NCBI GenBank assembly: GCA_951406725.2
Contig: OX597827.1
Coordinates: 59,706,001-59,770,000 of the forward strand
DNA from: Octopus vulgaris
Taxonomy: Eukaryota
DNA: 64,000 nucleotides
Direction: 5' to 3'
A program made the translations under genes and the position numbers. This document shows, piece after piece, positions 56,571 through 64,000 of this stretch (within the stretch, counting starts at the first letter, position 1; the number at the start of each line of letters is the position of its first letter). The notes under the pieces were generated by a model, which had not been told where the DNA came from, did not search any database, and saw nothing but the letters and a program-made list of their open reading frames with translations.

Positions 56571-57100
56571 GTTAACATATGCATTCACTAACACGTACCG
56601 AGACTTATGTACGCTCAGACACACACTTACACATACTTATACTCACATACATAGAGACATACACGCAATTTTCACATACCCAAACATACATAATTATATA
56701 CATACACACATACATAATACATCCATCCATACATACATACATTCATGCATACATACATCCATCCATACATACATACATACATCCATACATACATACATAC
56801 ATCCATCCATACATACATTCATGTATACATCCATCCATCCATCCATCCATCCATCCATACATACATACATACATACATACATACATACATACATAGGTAC
56901 GTACGTACGTATATACTTGTACATGTGTGTGTGTGCATTATACTTTTTGTGAGAAGGGGAATGACTGTAAATTCGAAGTTTCTGCCTGTTGACCTCCAAC
57001 GGACTTCGAAGTCCCTGTCTACCCTCTTTTTGTAAATGTATATCGGTAAATGTAGATTCTACATTAAAAAAAGCATCGAATAAATTCTTCAGTTTAATGT

Positions 57101-57187
<87 letters not shown>

Positions 57188-57203
57188 ATATATATATACA
57201 CAC

Positions 57204-57242
<39 letters not shown>

Positions 57243-57666
57243 CATATATATATACATACACACACACATATATATGGAGAGAGGGAGAGAGAGAAATAGA
57301 GAGAGATAATAGATGGATAGATAGATAGATACATACATAAGTGCATGCATACATACATACATACATGCATACATATATACATATGAATGTACATACGCAC
57401 ATACATATACAGATACCCACATACATCCAGATATAATGTTTAATTCTAGTTTAAATCATTACTCGACAGTTATTTCATCTTCTACGTTACCAGTCGTGGC
57501 ACCATAGTTTAACAATGAGAAATTCAGAGTAACCGTCAATGAAATATATATACTACTTCCAATAAATATAAAGTTCTAGAGCATACTTGCTCTACTATAT
57601 TCAACACTTATTCTACAATTTTCCACCGTAAAGCACACATACGTCTTTTTACGAAATTGTCCTACT

Positions 57667-57782
<116 letters not shown>

Positions 57783-57989
57783 TCATAATGCGAGCGCGTG
57801 AGGCGGGTGGGGTGGGGAGGACGGAGACACATTTGAACAGATAGGTGATAAACCAGGTGCAGTATTAGGCTTCTAATATCAATGGCAGAGCAAAATATTG
57901 TTGATTTGTGGAAACTATGGAAACTGAAAAACTTCAGGAAATGATACTTCTATCTGCTGACCGCTTACATAAAACTAGTAGTAACAGGT

Positions 57990-58760
<771 letters not shown>

Positions 58761-59569
58761 ATATATATGTACGTGTGTATGTATGTATATATATACATAT
58801 ATATATATATGGTATTCTTTCGTTATAACCCCTGTATGTACGTATGTATGTACCTATGTATGTATGCATAGACACATATATGCATCGATGTACACACATA
58901 CACACACACACACACGTAAGAGATAAATATACTTCGAGACATGTGTGCGCAAGTGCGTGTGCATGTATATGCTTGCTAGAATAAGCGAGATAAATACGAC
59001 GGTTTTACGAGAGTTTCGTGTATGGCACTTACGAAACCGATAATATTAATTATTCTATAGGTACAAGGCCTGAAATTCTGGAGAGGCGGCTTGTCCATTA
59101 CCTTGACTCCAGAATTCAACAACCGATACTTATTTTATCGAACCTGAAGGGACAAAAGGCAGAGTTAACCTAGAAAGAATTTGAACTCAGAATGTAAAGC
59201 TGGAATAAACGTTGCAGTGCATTTTGACCGTTTCATGAAAGTTAAGATGTTAATCGAAGCGAAAATATCCGAGCACCAAATGGTGAAGGTAATTTATGAG
59301 ACGTGTTTTTTTACACTCATTGAAACATAATATTACGGCCCGGATTAAAGGCTATATATACATATCTGTCACGTTGATTATCATTAGCATTCCTCCATTT
59401 CGCGGTCTCTTTCATTCAGATAGACGATAATGTCACAGCGCTGATGAATTAATATTTAATTCATGAGCAACAACTTATGTGTGAAGTATTTCGTAGTTAG
59501 ATTATTTGAGATCTGTATATTATAATCGTCCTATATGTAGGACCACCACACTAACGTGTGTGTGTATGC

Positions 59570-59612
<43 letters not shown>

Positions 59613-59883
59613 TAAGAAGTTTGCTTCGCAGTCACGTGGTTTCGAGTTCCGTCTCATTACGCGGCACTTTGGGCAAGTGCCTGCTACCTCCTCGGTCTAT
59701 AAATACGTTGTGAGTGAATTCAGCGGACGGAAACTATGCAAACCGCATACATACATACATACATACATACATACATACATACAAACATACATACATACAC
59801 ACACATACATACATACATACATACATACATACATACATACATACATACATCCATACATACACACACATACATACATACATACA

Positions 59884-59915
<32 letters not shown>

Positions 59916-60060
59916 CATACATACATATACACACATACATACATACATATATTTATATACATGTGCATGTGTGTGCACGCGCCTGCACAGTGTCTGCATG
60001 CGTCTGTGATTATTCGTGACAATGGATATGTTTGTGTTGCGTGTGTGCGTGTTTATATGC

Positions 60061-60095
<35 letters not shown>

Positions 60096-60468
60096 ATGTA
60101 GTCGTTCACGTCTTAGCAATATAGAGTACTAATAGTTGTGAAAGAAATGGTCACTCTCTGACTAGCCATAACCAACGACCACAAAACATAGTAAGGCTCA
60201 AAAATATTAGCAGACTTATGAACGACTGACCGATCTGTACGTGTGTGAGTGTGTGTAATTTTACACACATCTTTTCCGTTTCAGTGTATTCAGGATTTCC
60301 TTTCTCCGTTCTATTTTCCCTCATAAAACATTTCTGTCTAAACTTGTAATTCTTAATTAGCTACTAGATACTTTCAGTAAATACTTCTTCGGGTATCGAT
60401 ATGACTTGCGAAGCCCATATGTATTTTACACTCATACGCCAGCACACACATGTATATAGGTGCATGGG

Positions 60469-60549
<81 letters not shown>

Positions 60550-60678
60550 ATATTTATACATACATACATATATATATACATACATACATACACCCATATA
60601 TATGTACACATAAACACAAACACACGCACATACATATACAACACATACATCATACATGTATATATGTTGCAATACACT

Positions 60679-60743
<65 letters not shown>

Positions 60744-60896
60744 CAGTAGGAGACAATAAAAGATCCGGACAGATAGACGATAAAAGTCGGACAGGAAGAA
60801 CAACAATGAGAAGGACAGGAAAATTAAAAGGACGGATCATTCGTGGGTTTCTTTCGTCAGTCAAGTTACCAGATGTCCCTACAGTTTCAGGCAGTC

Positions 60897-60984
<88 letters not shown>

Positions 60985-61299
60985 GACACTGTATAAATAA
61001 TGGTCATTACATATTTTACCTTTATTAGAATAGATTTGGCTTATACACACACACGCACACACACACACATATATATACATATTTATTCTCACATACACAT
61101 ATATGTGTATGTATGTATGTATGTATGTATGTATGTATGTATGTATGTATGTATGTATGTAGTTACATATACGTGTGTGTACATATAGATATAATTCATA
61201 CAGTGTAGTGGTTAACACATGTGGTTTACAACCGATGCGTTGTTCGAATCCCGAAAGACGATGTTACAACTTTTTTTCATCTACTTAAGCTGTTTGAAA

Positions 61300-61461
61300 T
61301 TATACATACATACATACATATATAAATAAACATATATACATATATATATATACATATATACATATATATACATACATATATATATTCATATATATATACA
61401 TACATATATATATTCATATATATATACATACATACATATATATATATATATACATACATTC

Positions 61462-61501
<40 letters not shown>

Positions 61502-61664
61502 ATAGACATACATTCATATATATACATACATATATATATATAGACATACATTCATATATATATACATACATACATTCATATATATATATACATACATTCA
61601 TATATATATATACATACATTCATATATATATATACATACATTCATATATATATATATACATACA

Positions 61665-61710
<46 letters not shown>

Positions 61711-61720
61711 TATCTACATA
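61300..61720. repeat. Minisatellite, unit about TACATACATTCA(TA)n
   Basis: Around 10 visible iterations. Confidence 0.85.
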
Positions 61721-62229
61721 TACATTACGTTACATACATTAATACTTATATATAAGCCTAGCAAAGCCGTGTTGTTAACAAGTTCTGTTTACAGGCTTGT
61801 TACTCTTGGTTCGATCCCGCAACACGTTAAAACTTATTTTTCTACTTTAATATCAGGTTTAGGAATGGTGCGCAGAAACTGTACAGAAGCCTGTCATAAA
61901 TGCGTATCTTCCTGTATTTATGCTTACCAATACAAACAAACCTGCTTAATTTACCTGCTTCTATCAAAAACGCTGATTTAGCATTTCGCTATATAGATAT
62001 CGATAAAAAATAAGTAGTGGTGGTGGGGAGGTGGATATGTATGTCTCTAGTGCAATGCTTGATGCCAGCAAAACCTGCCTCTAGCTTACAGGTCCAGAAG
62101 GCTGGAGGACATTCGTCGATTTCAAAGCGTTTAGGGTGTGGGACAACCACCTTCCTGAACGGGGCGACAGTTCATCGGAGGTTTAATTCACAAATAACAC
62201 CGATGATTTAATCAAATTTCAGTCGAGTA

Positions 62230-62535
62230 CACTTGGTGCGTGTTCAAGGATACGACATGCCACCCGACCAGAGAATCGAAATCTACTTCCTAACGTTCGT
62301 TAGTCCTGCACTTCTAACCATCAGGCCACGCACCCCAATACGAAACAAGTGAAAATTTAAAAGGAATAATAATAATAATAATAATTATAATAATAATGTT
62401 TTCTATTGTAGGCACAAGGCCTGGCATTTTGTGGATGGGAGTAAGTTGATGACATCGACCCCAGTACTTGACTGGTACCTTATTTATCGATCCCGAAGGG
62501 AGGAAAGGCAAAGTTGACCTCGGCGGAATTTTAAA
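62230..62535 (-). mobile_element. Old SINE C (62230-62335) and SINE A (62395-62535)
   Basis: Homology. Confidence 0.75.
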
Positions 62536-62773
62536 TAACCATGTCGCGCACATATGGTTGAGATGTATGAGCTTGGTGTAGGTACCCTTATCAGACGGGT
62601 AGTCCATGATGGGTCTGTTGGGCTTCGTATATTTGTACCTCAGTGCCACTTTGATGGCATGCGCTACTCTCTCAATAATAATAAAAATAACAACAATAAC
62701 AACAACAGCAACAACATCAACGACGACAACAACAACACTAATAATAATAATAATAATAATAACAAGTACTTAC

Positions 62774-62976
62774 AATCTCTTTGTGTCCTTGGGTATATCA
62801 CTCGGTACATATTGCAGATTCCGAAAGCTACAGTCCACAGTGGTTCCAATGCATGAACAACTAGTCGGACAATTGCGGCCCGTGCTGAAACCGTTGTACA
62901 TTCTCATGGCCAGTCCGTAGCGGGCATCGACCTGTGGTAAAGCCAAGGTTAACATGAACACTAGTAAAAAGCGCAT
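62774..62976 (-). CDS. slit: Slit, coding exon 1 (signal peptide + LRRNT cap)
   Basis: ATG at 62976 gives MRFLLVFMLTLALPQVDA (hydrophobic signal peptide), then CPTSCSCIGTTVDCSFRNLQYVPSDIPKDTKR-L, matching the Slit LRRNT (cf. SLIT2 [33 protein letters not shown]). Ends AGA TT|GTAAGT (donor 62773-62768, phase 2). Confidence 0.93.
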
Positions 62977-63085
62977 TGCCGACGGGTGACAACCAAAGTG
63001 GCGACCACCGGAGGAAGTTGGGCCAGAGAGCGAGGAGGCCCCAGAGAACGAAGATTTAATTCCAGTCGTCGACGACATCATTGCA

Positions 63086-63123
<38 letters not shown>

Positions 63124-63573
63124 TTTGTTGTTGTTTTTCGTAGTAACTAGTTGATCCCGTGTCGATAATATTGATGGAGGTGGTGGTGGTGGTTGTAGTG
63201 CTGATGATGACAATGACGACGACGACGATGAAGCTGGTGATGGCGATGATGGTGACGGTGGGAATAGCGGTAATGGCGCCGACGTTGGCGCGTGTGAAGG
63301 GATGGGTACGGTGACTGAAGTTGAAATGAGGGGCGATATGACGGAAGCAGACAAAGGAGTAGCAATAGTAGTAATAGTAGTATTATCCGTTGCAGTTGTA
63401 GTAGTAGTAATATTATTATTATAATTATAATAATTATTATTATTATTAGTAGTAGTAGTAGTAGTAGTAGTAGTAATAGTACCACGTGAAGAGGGCATAA
63501 AACACGAAGTTGTTTTTTCAGGTGTTTTACTAGTTGTTGTTGTCACTCGAACCATCATCGCCGTTTTCGTCAT
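62977..63573 (-). CDS. Possible in-frame N-terminal extension of Slit (Thr/Asn/Ser/Pro-rich), or 5' UTR
   Basis: First in-frame ATG is at 63573 (MTKTAMMVRV...). The frame is open from the TAA at 63747-63745 to the exon 1 donor. The ORF-track start at 63636 is TTG, not ATG. Confidence 0.4.
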
Positions 63574-64000
63574 CGCTGTTGTACCGATGTTGTTGTTGTA
63601 GTTGTAGTTGTTGTTGTGATCTTTTGCGATTGCCAATATTGGAATTGTCGACGGTTTTTTTTTTTTTAGTGTAGCAATTGTTATTGTTGTTGTTGTTGTT
63701 GTTGTGGTAGTGGTAGTGGTTGTTGTTAGTGTTGTAGTTTGTAGTTAGTTGTCGATGGAGTTAAAAGAGATGGATTTTTTTGGGGGGGGGTGAATTTTAT
63801 CGGTGTTGTTGTGTTGGAGGTGTTAAAATTGTAAAAATTGAAAAAATTTGTAACTGTTGCTGTTGTTGTTGTTGTTGTTATTGTTGTTGCTGTTGTTGTT
63901 GTGGTGGTGTTGGTGTTGTTGTTGTTCTTGTTGCTGTTGCAGCGTGTTTCAGGAGCACGTAGATCATCTGTCGGCTCCGAAGGTGAAAAAACTACTGACA

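Overview
Eukaryotic, AT-rich, microsatellite-saturated genomic DNA. The SINE set and repeat load suggest an octopus (inference). Only one protein-coding gene is supported: the 5' end of slit on the minus strand. Coding exon 1 (62976-62774: signal peptide plus LRR N-terminal cap) splices in phase 2 across a 61,187-bp intron to a 72-bp single-LRR exon (1586-1515). Almost all other ORFs in the track are microsatellite artefacts. The intron holds dozens of tRNA-derived SINEs from four local families (called A-D here), Tc1/mariner, piggyBac-like and Helitron-like non-autonomous elements, and fossil RLE and RTE LINEs. Most notable: (1) a SINE copy with a dense A-to-G cluster that follows ADAR neighbour preferences; (2) minimal hammerhead ribozymes in (TA)n-embedded Penelope-like fragments, including a CUGUGGA core variant; (3) modular and chimeric SINEs, one a TSD-bounded heterotrimer; (4) a 199-codon in-frame low-complexity extension ahead of the Slit signal peptide; (5) a candidate NUMT and a 32-bp templated insertion. 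All alignments were done by eye. Repeat boundaries are approximate unless a TSD or TIR is given.
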